From a phage: a stretch of 64,000 nucleotides of DNA. Positions within the stretch are counted from its first letter, which is position 1, and every line of letters starts with the position of its first letter. The stretch lies in the sequence record PZ386965.1, one strand, 5' to 3'. A program made the translations under genes and the position numbers. The notes under the pieces were generated by a model that was not told the origin of the DNA, did no database searches, and saw only the letters and a list, made by a program, of their open reading frames with translations. This document shows positions 53,181 to 62,281 of the stretch, in pieces.

Positions 53181-53717
53181 TTAGTAACCATTATCCTGAC
53201 GTTCAAAGTTGTGTTGGTTTTTCAAGTAGTAAAGTTTAAAGATTTCTTCAGCCGAAAGACCTAGACCTTGGAACATATTTAGAACGAAATGCAGAATATC
53301 AATCATTTCAAATTTAATTTCAAGCTGGTCTTCAGGAGACAGTTCATCGATACGACGATTTCGATATTCAGCATGTTGTGCTTTCCATGGCTTCCATACA
53401 CTGCTGGCGGCTTTTTCACCATTGCTCATACCACCAAGTGAAGTCAACAGTTCACGGAATTCATCATCAATATAATCTTTCTGATTACGCAGCCAATCAA
53501 CAACATCACCAGCAGTGGCCAATTCATCAGGATGTTTGTTATGTTCAGGCTTGTCATTTGCCAGACGAACCTGTAAAGATTTCTGCATATCAAGCATTAC
53601 CTGCAGTGGGTCTTTATCTTCGTGAATCAGAGCATTAAAATAAGCTTCTTCTGCTTTATCAACACCAGAAATAAGTTGTGAACATTCATTAAAGTGTGCC
53701 ATTATTTTTCCTTTCAA
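53181..53717 (-). CDS. 56: gp56 dCTPase/dUTPase (MazG-like)
   Basis: 178 aa; ...FNECSQLISGVDKAEE...DPLQVMLDMQKSLQVRLAN... matches gp56. Confidence 0.85.
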   Translation of the reverse strand: MKGKIMAHFNECSQLISGVDKAEEAYFNALIHEDKDPLQVMLDMQKSLQVRLANDKPEHNKHPDELATAGDVVDWLRNQKDYIDDEFRELLTSLGGMSNGEKAASSVWKPWKAQHAEYRNRRIDELSPEDQLEIKFEMIDILHFVLNMFQGLGLSAEEIFKLYYLKNQHNFERQDNGY

Positions 53718-53790
53718 TTCAGTATAAGAGAGTTAATTCTAACATTAATTTTATAAAGCGTAATAAATAATAGGTAACCAAGGAGATATT

Positions 53791-53988
53791 ATGTTTAAAC
53801 TTCCATCGTTAATCAACGCTATTAAAGGCAATAAAAAGAAAACTGCTATCGCCGCAATAGTTGTAGGTGGCATTATTTCATGGAACTTCGGGATTGCACC
53901 GTTGTTAGTTGCCCATGGTATTATAGTTCCTTCTGTTCCATTGGATACTGTAGTTGATTTGGCCTTTGCTATTATAGGGCTTGTTTAA
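53791..53988 (+). CDS. small membrane protein (65 aa), plus strand
   Basis: Strong SD AAGGAG 6 nt before ATG; two hydrophobic segments; stop shares TTTAAA with the convergent gene 61 stop. Confidence 0.4.
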   Translation: MFKLPSLINAIKGNKKKTAIAAIVVGGIISWNFGIAPLLVAHGIIVPSVPLDTVVDLAFAIIGLV

Positions 53989-55007
53989 ATCTTCGAATAA
54001 CGAGATAATCTCATTTTAGCATGCAACCCACTTGAAATATTCTGTTTCATATATTCTAAAATTTCTTGTGGTGTTGCATTTTCTTTCATTACCATATCAT
54101 TCACATCCTTTGATCTCCATGGAGCTCGATCCCAGAACATGACACGTTCGCCTGAATCAACTAATCGCTTCATGCGAGCTATAGTATCCGGATGCCTAGG
54201 TTCATTATCCATTACCCATACCCGACGTTCTTTAAATGGTACCACATCTAAATCTATCGAGCCGCCTGTAATAGCGATTGCATTGGGTATGAATAAACTA
54301 TCAATAGGGCCTTCCATTACCCAGACGTCTCCTTCCTTAACACGTTCAACACCATAAATTTTTGTTGCAGACTCAAACGCTTTAATAGTGATATATTTCT
54401 GAGGAGCATCTTTACGAAGTGCACGTCCTTGGAATGACTCGGCCTTCCCATCTTTATTAAAAATAGGAATCACTAAACGCGGTTCAGGAATCTCTTTCTT
54501 ATACGTACCAGGTTGAATCTTGTTGACCAATTTGGGCCATTCTAATGTGAACCATAATCTGTTCCATGATTCTTTAGGAATACACCGAGACTTAACATAT
54601 TTCACAATAGGATGCTCTTCAGGCAACTTGTCCAGACGAGAACAAGACGGCAAAGAATTTATAGTCTTTTTCTCTGGCTCTGGCTTAGCTTCAGGAACCT
54701 TTTCAATCTTTGGTTCCATTCTAGCTTTTTCTTTACGAACTTCCATTAGATACTCGCGATAAAGCTCTTCATCGTACTCTTTTAAGTATCCGGAAATTGT
54801 ATTGTGGTATTGACAGTTATAGCAATGTACATTACCAGGAGTACCACCGTAATACCATCCGCGGGCTTTCATTGCATCTGTCTGAGAGTCGCCACAAACT
54901 GGACAACGAAATGTTAATTTAAATGTGCTTGAATTATTGATTTGTCTAAAACGAGGGAGGTGAGAAAACGCACGATAAGCAAATTCATTATCTATCCATT
55001 CAGCCAT
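53985..55007 (-). CDS. 61: gp61 DNA primase
   Basis: 340 aa; N-terminal zinc ribbon CPVCGDS...CYNC and Toprim-like core. Confidence 0.85.
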   Translation of the reverse strand: MAEWIDNEFAYRAFSHLPRFRQINNSSTFKLTFRCPVCGDSQTDAMKARGWYYGGTPGNVHCYNCQYHNTISGYLKEYDEELYREYLMEVRKEKARMEPKIEKVPEAKPEPEKKTINSLPSCSRLDKLPEEHPIVKYVKSRCIPKESWNRLWFTLEWPKLVNKIQPGTYKKEIPEPRLVIPIFNKDGKAESFQGRALRKDAPQKYITIKAFESATKIYGVERVKEGDVWVMEGPIDSLFIPNAIAITGGSIDLDVVPFKERRVWVMDNEPRHPDTIARMKRLVDSGERVMFWDRAPWRSKDVNDMVMKENATPQEILEYMKQNISSGLHAKMRLSRYSKI

Positions 55008-55046
55008 AGTATTCTCCAGAGGCCTTAAATTAATAAGGCCATCTTA

Positions 55047-55541
55047 TCACAACTTATTAATATTTACTTTAATTCGCTTTCTTTTCTTGGAAGGAATTTG
55101 TTCTGGACCTTTATTTACAATTGCACCTGTAGTAGTTCCTGATGCAATAGCTTGAGGACTGCCACCTGAATCACCAGCCACCATATCCTCAAATAAAGGG
55201 AGTTCTTTAAATATTTCTTTCTGTTGTTCTTCTGTAATGTTATAGCGGGATGCTACGACACTCCAGGCAGACATCATTGAGGCCATTCCATTAAGTCCTG
55301 GAACAGTACTCATCATTCGCTTCATTGAACGAACTGAAGCATGAAAAGGTGTATAAGCCGCTTTCTCTTCGGGAGTAGAAGGACGTTTAAGAACACTTCC
55401 ACGTTCGTCGATTATTTTGGCTTCGTACGCTTTCCATTCGGTAAAAGGTTTTTGCATTAGTCGAATAAACTTATATGCGTAAACAGAATCTATTGCAGTG
55501 TTAATAATACCCATAGGTACCTCCTGAGTATATTTAATCAA
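55047..55541 (-). CDS. hypothetical protein (164 aa)
   Basis: ORF track. Confidence 0.45.
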   Translation of the reverse strand: MIKYTQEVPMGIINTAIDSVYAYKFIRLMQKPFTEWKAYEAKIIDERGSVLKRPSTPEEKAAYTPFHASVRSMKRMMSTVPGLNGMASMMSAWSVVASRYNITEEQQKEIFKELPLFEDMVAGDSGGSPQAIASGTTTGAIVNKGPEQIPSKKRKRIKVNINKL

Positions 55542-55731
55542 TCACAAAGATCGCTTTATCACCGTTCGCATCTGTGACTTCATATGTAGTGTCTTCATAG
55601 TGTGGAATATTCCAAATTACACCATCATTAGCTTTTACGCTAATATTGTATTGGTGTTTTGAAACAACTTCATAATCTTCAAAACTTGTAAAAACACTAA
55701 TTTTAGAACCAGTGCAAATTGCAGTAGTCAT
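55534..55731 (-). CDS. hypothetical protein (65 aa)
   Basis: ORF track. Confidence 0.4.
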   Translation of the reverse strand: MTTAICTGSKISVFTSFEDYEVVSKHQYNISVKANDGVIWNIPHYEDTTYEVTDANGDKAIFVID

Positions 55732-55732
55732 T

Positions 55733-56392
55733 TTAACCTCGATTCATAAATGCATTAAATATTTGGTCATCAACAGAAATTTCTAATTCGACTTCAATTG
55801 CTTCAACCTTTTCTTCAGGTGGTAATTCGTATCCACACACTACAATTTTTTCATCGATATCAAAATATACAGAAGCAATACGATTAATGTTACTTTCAGT
55901 TAAGTCTAAATCAACATCAACATCTTTTTGACCTACACTTAAAGGATAACTAATACGGGTTATTTTATTATCTTTAACAAAGAGTCCACCAACATACTCT
56001 GTACTACGTTTGAAGTTTACACGTTTCCGAATTGAAAGATATGATACATCTTTACCGTGAGCTCGGCTCATAGGACATAATGAATAGCTAGAATAAGAGA
56101 TGTCAAATCCTACGCCTTCAACATGTGCTAGAGTATCATGAGTAAACCAATTATAGTCGTATGCTAAATCCATTAAATTATAATATGTGAAAGGCACTGG
56201 ATTAACATCATATGTTGTACCTTTAAAATCTGCCCAGGCAACGATTTCGTTATCTTTAACAATTACAAAAATTATACCAATATGGTATCCGTTATTATTT
56301 TCATTCGGTGTTATATTATAACATTGTGCATTAGGAAATTTACCATATTTAAATGGCGCGTTTTTGTGCATATAATAAATCATATTATTCAC
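55733..56392 (-). CDS. hypothetical protein (219 aa)
   Basis: ORF track. Confidence 0.45.
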   Translation of the reverse strand: MNNMIYYMHKNAPFKYGKFPNAQCYNITPNENNNGYHIGIIFVIVKDNEIVAWADFKGTTYDVNPVPFTYYNLMDLAYDYNWFTHDTLAHVEGVGFDISYSSYSLCPMSRAHGKDVSYLSIRKRVNFKRSTEYVGGLFVKDNKITRISYPLSVGQKDVDVDLDLTESNINRIASVYFDIDEKIVVCGYELPPEEKVEAIEVELEISVDDQIFNAFMNRG

Positions 56393-56678
56393 CTGTGATT
56401 TCGGTTACGATATCTTTGTTATCGAAATTAGGGTCACAATACAAAACATAGTTGTACTGCATGATACCGCCAGACTTAAGTTGTTCAACAACTTTATTAA
56501 CCATATTAGGACGGTCTCGTTTAGTGATGTTCATGATATCAGAGAAGATTTGTTGTTCAACATCTTCTTGATTTGCAGTCATTGACCACTCACAGAGGTC
56601 TTTATCATAACCTGCCGTAACTGGAGCCGGTGCACATGATACTGCAAGTAGGATTGCTGCCAATGATAACTTTTTCAT
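56385..56678 (-). CDS. sp: Spackle-like periplasmic protein
   Basis: 97 aa with signal peptide MKKLSLAAILLAVSCAPAPVTA; size and position match sp. Confidence 0.65.
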   Translation of the reverse strand: MKKLSLAAILLAVSCAPAPVTAGYDKDLCEWSMTANQEDVEQQIFSDIMNITKRDRPNMVNKVVEQLKSGGIMQYNYVLYCDPNFDNKDIVTEITGE

Positions 56679-56708
56679 TTTAACTCCTTAGTTGATTTGA
56701 TAGGACTA

Positions 56709-56738
56709 CTATACTATAGTCCATCTATAATGTAAACA
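56709..56738 (-). promoter_or_regulatory. sigma70-type early promoter (sp)
   Basis: Minus strand GTTTAC-18 nt-TATAGT. Confidence 0.4.
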
Positions 56739-56741
56739 AGT

Positions 56742-56990
56742 TTATTCTTTTTCGCGAATAATAATTACTTGTTGAGGCTGCTGAGCCGATTTCTTTTCGG
56801 CAACGATAGACCAAATTAAAGTTCCAATCCAACCAACCATCGTCCAGTTAAAGAGTAAAGATACAAAGAAGATTGCTGTTGTGCTTTTTGTGCCACGAAT
56901 AAGTGCGATTACCCAAGGCAACATGTAAATGATGATTGAACCAATACCTGCGATTAAAACTGCTACTGAACTAGCCACGAATAATTCCAT
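56742..56990 (-). CDS. small integral membrane protein (82 aa)
   Basis: Two or three predicted TM helices by eye. Confidence 0.45.
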   Translation of the reverse strand: MELFVASSVAVLIAGIGSIIIYMLPWVIALIRGTKSTTAIFFVSLLFNWTMVGWIGTLIWSIVAEKKSAQQPQQVIIIREKE

Positions 56991-57051
56991 GTTAATTTCC
57001 TCTTGATTTGTTATGTTTATAGTATCTTGGTTTAACTTTGGTGTAAACCAA

Positions 57052-57420
57052 TTAATTAAATTTGTTTAAACGTTCAATACACTGGACGTAGTTATTCGCG
57101 ATTTGTTTCTGGGTAGGCTCTTTACCAGTTGTTTCAACATAGCGAATAAATGCGATTTCAGTAGCCTGTAGACAATGTTCTTTAACGCGTTGTTCTTTTG
57201 ACATAGCTACAGTATCAGAGTCACGATAACGTTGAGCATGAGCATCAGCTTGAATCATTCGATTACCTACAGTAACCGGGTCTTCCACTTCAACTTTAGG
57301 TTGGTTGTACTGTTTAACATTCGGATTGTAAATCAGTTGGCCAACGTTATTAGGGATAAAGCCATGAGCACCACATCCGGTTAATCCAAATACCATTGCT
57401 AAAGCGATTAATTTTTTCAT
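57052..57420 (-). CDS. lipoprotein (122 aa)
   Basis: ORF 57052-57480 trimmed to MKKLIALAMVFGLTGC lipobox start with AGGAAA SD; promoter motif lies in the untrimmed N-terminus. Confidence 0.5.
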   Translation of the reverse strand: MKKLIALAMVFGLTGCGAHGFIPNNVGQLIYNPNVKQYNQPKVEVEDPVTVGNRMIQADAHAQRYRDSDTVAMSKEQRVKEHCLQATEIAFIRYVETTGKEPTQKQIANNYVQCIERLNKFN

Positions 57421-57448
57421 TTCAATTTCCTCTATAGTTGATAGGTCT

Positions 57449-57478
57449 ATAGTATCACTACCATAGACCCCTGTAAAC
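57449..57478 (-). promoter_or_regulatory. sigma70-type early promoter (lipoprotein gene)
   Basis: Minus strand GTTTAC-18 nt-TACTAT; inverted repeat GGTCTAT/ATAGACC. Confidence 0.4.
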
Positions 57479-57490
57479 AATTATTTTATT

Positions 57491-57631
57491 TTATTCCTCG
57501 TCTTCATGCTCGTAAGCATGTTCTTCAGATTCACGGTCGCAGTCTAAACAAGTCGCATTATCATATGCATCGAAAACAGCTTCGTCTTCATAGACGCTAC
57601 AACCACACACTACACATTCTACTTCTTCCAT
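57491..57631 (-). CDS. small acidic CxxC...CxxC zinc-ribbon protein (46 aa)
   Basis: ORF 57491-57694 trimmed to MEEVECVVCGC... start (AGGAAA SD) just downstream of dmd stop. Confidence 0.4.
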   Translation of the reverse strand: MEEVECVVCGCSVYEDEAVFDAYDNATCLDCDRESEEHAYEHEDEE

Positions 57632-57632
57632 T

Positions 57633-57836
57633 TTAGATTTCCTCTTTACGCCAATCGGATTCAAAAACTTTCTTATCATCAACAAATGCTTCAACTAAAG
57701 CTTTATTTACTTCAGCAAATTGAGAAGTGGCCCGTAGGATTTGGTCTTTATCAGACACGTCCATGGTAACTTCTTTGGTAAACATATTCCCATTTTCAAA
57801 CCAACCAATAAACAACACTTTAGCCATATTTTCCAT
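57633..57836 (-). CDS. dmd: Dmd antitoxin (discriminator of mRNA degradation)
   Basis: ORF 57633-57896 trimmed to MENMAKVLFIGWFENGNMFTKE...; matches Dmd core. Confidence 0.65.
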   Translation of the reverse strand: MENMAKVLFIGWFENGNMFTKEVTMDVSDKDQILRATSQFAEVNKALVEAFVDDKKVFESDWRKEEI

Positions 57837-57837
57837 T

Positions 57838-58155
57838 TTAGATTTCCTCACAGAAGGCCCATTCAGCGTGATAAACTGTAGCACCTTTAGTATCATTCAT
57901 TTGAACTACGTCTACCGGAGAAATTACTCGATAGAGACGTGGTTCACCTCCATAAGAGTGTGCTGCTCGTCCTGCATAAATCTTTGCTAAACCGATATCT
58001 TCAGTAAAGAATACACGATCCAAGTTTTTCTTACGTCCAGTTTCAGACAGAACTCCTGTTTCTTCAGGAGGACAAAGCATGTTTTCGATGTTAGCTGAAC
58101 TACTTGAACCGTGATAAAAAATCTTAAATTCTGCTTTACAATCGATGGTTTTCAT
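57838..58155 (-). CDS. small protein with possible minimal ADP-ribosyltransferase (Arr-like) fold
   Basis: 105 aa; FYHGSSS near N-terminus, VFFTED and LYRVISPVD segments; resemblance judged by eye only. Confidence 0.35.
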   Translation of the reverse strand: MKTIDCKAEFKIFYHGSSSSANIENMLCPPEETGVLSETGRKKNLDRVFFTEDIGLAKIYAGRAAHSYGGEPRLYRVISPVDVVQMNDTKGATVYHAEWAFCEEI

Positions 58156-58181
58156 TTTGTTCTCCAGTAGTTGATAGGTCT

Positions 58182-58210
58182 ATAATAACACAACTACCGG
58201 AGAAGTAAAC
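58182..58210 (-). promoter_or_regulatory. sigma70-type early promoter (Arr-like ORF)
   Basis: Minus strand GTTTAC-17 nt-TATTAT then AGACCTATCAA. Confidence 0.4.
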
Positions 58211-58585
58211 TTAAAAATGTAATTTAGATATATCTGCGTTGATTTCGTTTTGGTTTGCGTCGTATGCAATTAAACGAACCGCTTTAGATGGGTCATTCAA
58301 TGCATAGAAATGATGGAACATTGCTCGAACGATATCACCATTTACGAGTTCTACCTGGATAGGAGAACCTTTTTCGAGTTGGAAATGTTCATAAGCTTTG
58401 ATGGTTCGCAGATAATCAAGTTTTTGATTTCCGGCTCCGACAATTTGTACGATACGTTTGCCCATGTTTTCCATACGAGATACAATAGTTTTAGGGGCAA
58501 GAATAACGTAGGTTGCCAGTGGAGAAACTACTTCAACAGTTGTGTTTTCTGTGATTGCAGTAAAAATTGCTTGAGACATATTCAT
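58211..58585 (-). CDS. hypothetical protein (124 aa)
   Basis: ORF track; own SD and early promoter motif at 58616-58645. Confidence 0.45.
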   Translation of the reverse strand: MNMSQAIFTAITENTTVEVVSPLATYVILAPKTIVSRMENMGKRIVQIVGAGNQKLDYLRTIKAYEHFQLEKGSPIQVELVNGDIVRAMFHHFYALNDPSKAVRLIAYDANQNEINADISKLHF

Positions 58586-58615
58586 AATGTTTTCCTCTTG
58601 GTTGGTGTAAGTACA

Positions 58616-58645
58616 TCATATCATGCCTAGAGGAAGATGTAAACC
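58616..58645 (-). promoter_or_regulatory. sigma70-type early promoter (124-aa ORF)
   Basis: Minus strand GTTTAC-18 nt-TATGAT. Confidence 0.35.
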
Positions 58646-58650
58646 CCGAA

Positions 58651-58668
58651 AGGAGACCGAAGTCTCCT
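58651..58668 (-). terminator. UUCG-tetraloop hairpin after gene 41
   Basis: AGGAGAC-UUCG-GUCUCCU on minus strand; downstream U-run imperfect. Confidence 0.4.
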
Positions 58669-58673
58669 TTTTA

Positions 58674-60116
58674 TTAAAATTTTAACTCGTTGGCTAAGCT
58701 ATCTAGGTCAGCACGTGTTGCTTTGGCTTTACCTACGCGTTCCGTACGATTCACCTCTGCCTGACGCATCTGAGCACCTGCGTTTTCATTTACTGTGTTA
58801 GGTGTGTTCATGCCTTCTTGCTCAATCTCAACCCATTTCTGATTGCCTTTACGTACACCCATCAAGAACTTGTTCCACTTATTCTTATCACCGTATCGTG
58901 ATTTGATTTGTTTGATAAGTTGTTGTTCAGCTTGTGCAAGTTCTTCGGTTTCAATTACGGCCAACATGAAATCTGCCGTTGCTGGTAAACCTGCTGATTC
59001 TGCGATATCACTCATGTTCATGTCTGAAGCATCCCATGCTGCACGTCCTACTTGAGCTGCAGTCCATAGAACTGTTTCAGATTCTACTGCTAATGCACGA
59101 AGTTCTTCTGCGATAGCTTTAACTAATGTGTAGCTATTTTCAGTGTAAACTCTGATACGACAAGACCCACAAATACCTAAGTAATCAACCATGATTACAG
59201 ATGGCACAAAGTTCTTCTTAAGTTTTAACTCATTAAGCAATGCACGAAATGTATTAGCATTAGCTCCACCAGTAGGATACTGTTTAACTACTAAACGTCC
59301 TAATGTGGATTTTGAACGCCATTTTTCCATCTTGGCTTTATATTCAGCATAAGATACGTTACCGTCATCAATATCATCAAGTGATACGTCAAGCATGTTT
59401 GCATCTATACGCTTAGCGCAAACTTCTTCAGCCATTTCCATTGAAATATAAAGAACATTATGGCCTGTTTGAAGATAATCTGCAGCAAGTGAACAAAGGC
59501 CTAAAGATTTACCAACGTTAACACCAGCCATTAAAACATTCAGTGTACCGGTTTCAGCACCACCTTTAGTGATTTTATTCAGAATGTTTAATTTGAACGG
59601 GACCTTACGTGCTTTGTTCAGATAAGAAAGCCAGCGTGCTTCATAGTCTTCCATCCAGTCATGCCCAACATAACTATCAAACGAAATTGAAAGTGCTTGA
59701 CGCATAATATCAGGAATAGCTCCTACGTCAGGCATTTTCTTGTTACGTTGTTCTGGAGGTAGTTCAGCATTAGACTGAATCTCAATGATTTTGGACGTAG
59801 CATTATACATCGCTTTTTGCTGGACATATTTCTCAGTTTCTTTAACCAACCATTCGTGGTCTTCAGGAGTATCAGCCAATTTTTCAATTAGGTCTGAAGT
59901 TCCTTTATATTCGGCTTCAGTTAAAGAACTGTTATCTAAAGCCACCTTTAATGCATTGATAGATGGCATTGCATTATATTCGTTAACGTGGCTCTTTATA
60001 ATTTTAAAGACGTTTTTTGCCGGTCCACGCTCAAAATACTCAGAATCCATATAAGGCCAGACCTTAGAAAAATAAGCCTGGTCATATACTAGATGAGACA
60101 AAATAATTTCTACCAC
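58674..60116 (-). CDS. 41: gp41 replicative DNA helicase (DnaB-like)
   Basis: 480 aa; Walker A ...GVNVGKSLGL... and RecA-like core. Confidence 0.9.
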   Translation of the reverse strand: MVEIILSHLVYDQAYFSKVWPYMDSEYFERGPAKNVFKIIKSHVNEYNAMPSINALKVALDNSSLTEAEYKGTSDLIEKLADTPEDHEWLVKETEKYVQQKAMYNATSKIIEIQSNAELPPEQRNKKMPDVGAIPDIMRQALSISFDSYVGHDWMEDYEARWLSYLNKARKVPFKLNILNKITKGGAETGTLNVLMAGVNVGKSLGLCSLAADYLQTGHNVLYISMEMAEEVCAKRIDANMLDVSLDDIDDGNVSYAEYKAKMEKWRSKSTLGRLVVKQYPTGGANANTFRALLNELKLKKNFVPSVIMVDYLGICGSCRIRVYTENSYTLVKAIAEELRALAVESETVLWTAAQVGRAAWDASDMNMSDIAESAGLPATADFMLAVIETEELAQAEQQLIKQIKSRYGDKNKWNKFLMGVRKGNQKWVEIEQEGMNTPNTVNENAGAQMRQAEVNRTERVGKAKATRADLDSLANELKF

Positions 60117-60125
60117 GATAACTCC

Positions 60126-60488
60126 TTAAAAGAATTTAAATTTTTTCTTGGCCCGTTCATTAAAAGCTTGTTGTACTTGCATTGTAACACATTTTTCAAC
60201 ATGCGGTGCAAGTTCTGCTTTTCTGTCCTGGTCAAGAACTGCAAAGTCCATTACGATTTTACCATCAACCCAGTCTAGTTTTGTAATATAGACTATATGA
60301 TGAGAACCGTCTTCAAGTGTAATCAGAATCTCTTGAATGACATTTTCCATTGCTGAACGGATAATTTTAAGAGATTCATTAAACACTCGTTCTTTGCGAA
60401 TGTCTTCCCCTTCCGAAGAAGGGGATTCATCAACGATTTCTAGATTTAAATCATCGAGATTATTCATCGAAATCTTCCATTTCGTCAA
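60126..60488 (-). CDS. 40: gp40-like protein (by position between 41 and uvsX)
   Basis: 120 aa ORF. Confidence 0.45.
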   Translation of the reverse strand: MTKWKISMNNLDDLNLEIVDESPSSEGEDIRKERVFNESLKIIRSAMENVIQEILITLEDGSHHIVYITKLDWVDGKIVMDFAVLDQDRKAELAPHVEKCVTMQVQQAFNERAKKKFKFF

Positions 60489-61632
60489 GGTCGTTTTCTA
60501 TATCTGCTGCAGACGGAGCATCAGAAGCTTTAACCGGAACTTTAGTTGTTGCTTTGCAATTAATAAGGTCGTTAACAGCGTCATCAACTTCTTTAATAGA
60601 AGAGATAGCACCTAGTTTATATTTAGTTTCAATTGCATCTCGGAAAGGTTTGTGTTTAAACAAAGGTCCCCAGAATTCTACACAATCAGTAGCTTTAGCA
60701 CGCCACGATTTCTCTTCACGAATCATTTCGCCTGTTTCTTCGTCAAGGAATTCACGAGCATACCAACCGGCTTTAGGCTTAACAACAAATCCAATTTCAG
60801 TTGCCATTTCTAACAAGCCACTGAATGGGTCGATACCACCATCAAAATTAACTGTGATTGGGAAAGTAGATTTTTCTTTAACTGTACGAGATTTTTCTGC
60901 TTTCAACGTGAAGTCATAACCGGTCAATTCTGTACCTTCTTTAACCTGACGTTTAGAGATAAAGAATACAGTGTTAGCAGAGTAAAGAATACCTGTACCA
61001 CCACCCATAATCTCTTTAGGATATAGTCCGCCGATTTCCATTGCTGTATGGTTGATTGCAACACACGGAATATCTTTAATAGTCAGATACGGGGTCACAA
61101 TACGGAACAGAGATTTAAGTGCCTTAGCACGAGACATATCACCTACGACTTTCTCATTCAATGCATCTTCGGTTTCTTTCTTAGATGCAGTATTACCGAT
61201 TGAATCGATAAAGATAATAACTTTATCACCGCGTTCAATCGCGTCAAGCTGATTAGTCATATCAACTTTAAGTTGTTCGACGGACTGAATTGGTGTATGA
61301 ACTACACGGTCTAAATCAACACCCATTGAACGAAAATAAGATTCTGAAGCACCAAATTCTGAGTCATAGAACAAACAGATTGCATCTTTATATTTCTTCA
61401 TATACGCTGCAACCATAGTTAGTCCAAACAGCGTTTTAAAGTGTTTAGAAGGTGCAGCAAAAATAGTCAAGCCTGATTGCAATCCTGCATTCAGAGCACC
61501 ACCTAGTGCAATATTCAACATCGGAATACGAGTAGGGACTTCATCACGATTATTAAACAGCTTAGACTTAGTCAAGTCTGCAGTCATTTTAGAAGTAGAA
61601 GCTTTAATCAGACGAGATTTTAAATCAGACAT
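60460..61632 (-). CDS. uvsX: UvsX recombinase (RecA-like)
   Basis: 390 aa; RecA-fold with Walker A-like ...FAAPSKHFKTLFGL... and acidic C-terminus. Confidence 0.9.
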   Translation of the reverse strand: MSDLKSRLIKASTSKMTADLTKSKLFNNRDEVPTRIPMLNIALGGALNAGLQSGLTIFAAPSKHFKTLFGLTMVAAYMKKYKDAICLFYDSEFGASESYFRSMGVDLDRVVHTPIQSVEQLKVDMTNQLDAIERGDKVIIFIDSIGNTASKKETEDALNEKVVGDMSRAKALKSLFRIVTPYLTIKDIPCVAINHTAMEIGGLYPKEIMGGGTGILYSANTVFFISKRQVKEGTELTGYDFTLKAEKSRTVKEKSTFPITVNFDGGIDPFSGLLEMATEIGFVVKPKAGWYAREFLDEETGEMIREEKSWRAKATDCVEFWGPLFKHKPFRDAIETKYKLGAISSIKEVDDAVNDLINCKATTKVPVKASDAPSAADIENDLDEMEDFDE

Positions 61633-61731
61633 TGTATTTTTCCATAGGCATCATTATATTTTACTCATGTTTAAAAGATAAAACGATTATATACTAAGGG
61701 TTATACAGCATTTAAAACTTTAAACAGGCTC

Positions 61732-62280
61732 TTAACGAGCCCATTTGATGATTTCTGTAATCAAACCATTACGTTCGCTTGCATTAAATCCTATAACTTT
61801 GTTAGCACCATCATGATTAAGTAATTGATATGTTTGGATTTTGTTATGAATTGCAAACTCTTCAAAATGTGAAATGACTGTATTAAAACCGAATGAAGAC
61901 AAAGTAATAAGGTCGTCTTCAAAACTTTCAGTCATTTCGTTACGTGTTAAAATAATTGTGAACACATCATGGTTTTGGCAAAGACGAACATAGTCCTGTT
62001 CATAAACGTCAAGAATCGAGTCCGCATCTTGTCGAATACGTCCATAAACCCAGTTACTAATATATCCACGGTCTAACAGATAAATCTTAGTAGGGTCTAA
62101 ATAATTCAACATCGTTTCGAAACAACCAACTTCATTTCGAGACTTAACATCGAAACGTCCATCAACTGTTCGTTTAGGGAAATCAATCTTTACATATCTT
62201 TCACTAATTTCCATTATGTCATTAATGAAAGTTGTTTTACCGGCATTATCCGGGCCATCTACTAAAATAATTTTAGCCAT
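61732..62280 (-). CDS. P-loop NTPase, nucleotide or sugar kinase-like (182 aa)
   Basis: N-terminal Walker A VDGPDNAGKTT; small kinase-like size. Confidence 0.5.
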   Translation of the reverse strand: MAKIILVDGPDNAGKTTFINDIMEISERYVKIDFPKRTVDGRFDVKSRNEVGCFETMLNYLDPTKIYLLDRGYISNWVYGRIRQDADSILDVYEQDYVRLCQNHDVFTIILTRNEMTESFEDDLITLSSFGFNTVISHFEEFAIHNKIQTYQLLNHDGANKVIGFNASERNGLITEIIKWAR

Positions 62281-62281
62281 T

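Noticed and set aside
56742-56990. Small membrane protein considered as a second holin or superinfection-exclusion protein
   Set aside because: Only hydrophobicity supports it; no specific motif or context evidence, so left as a hypothetical membrane protein.
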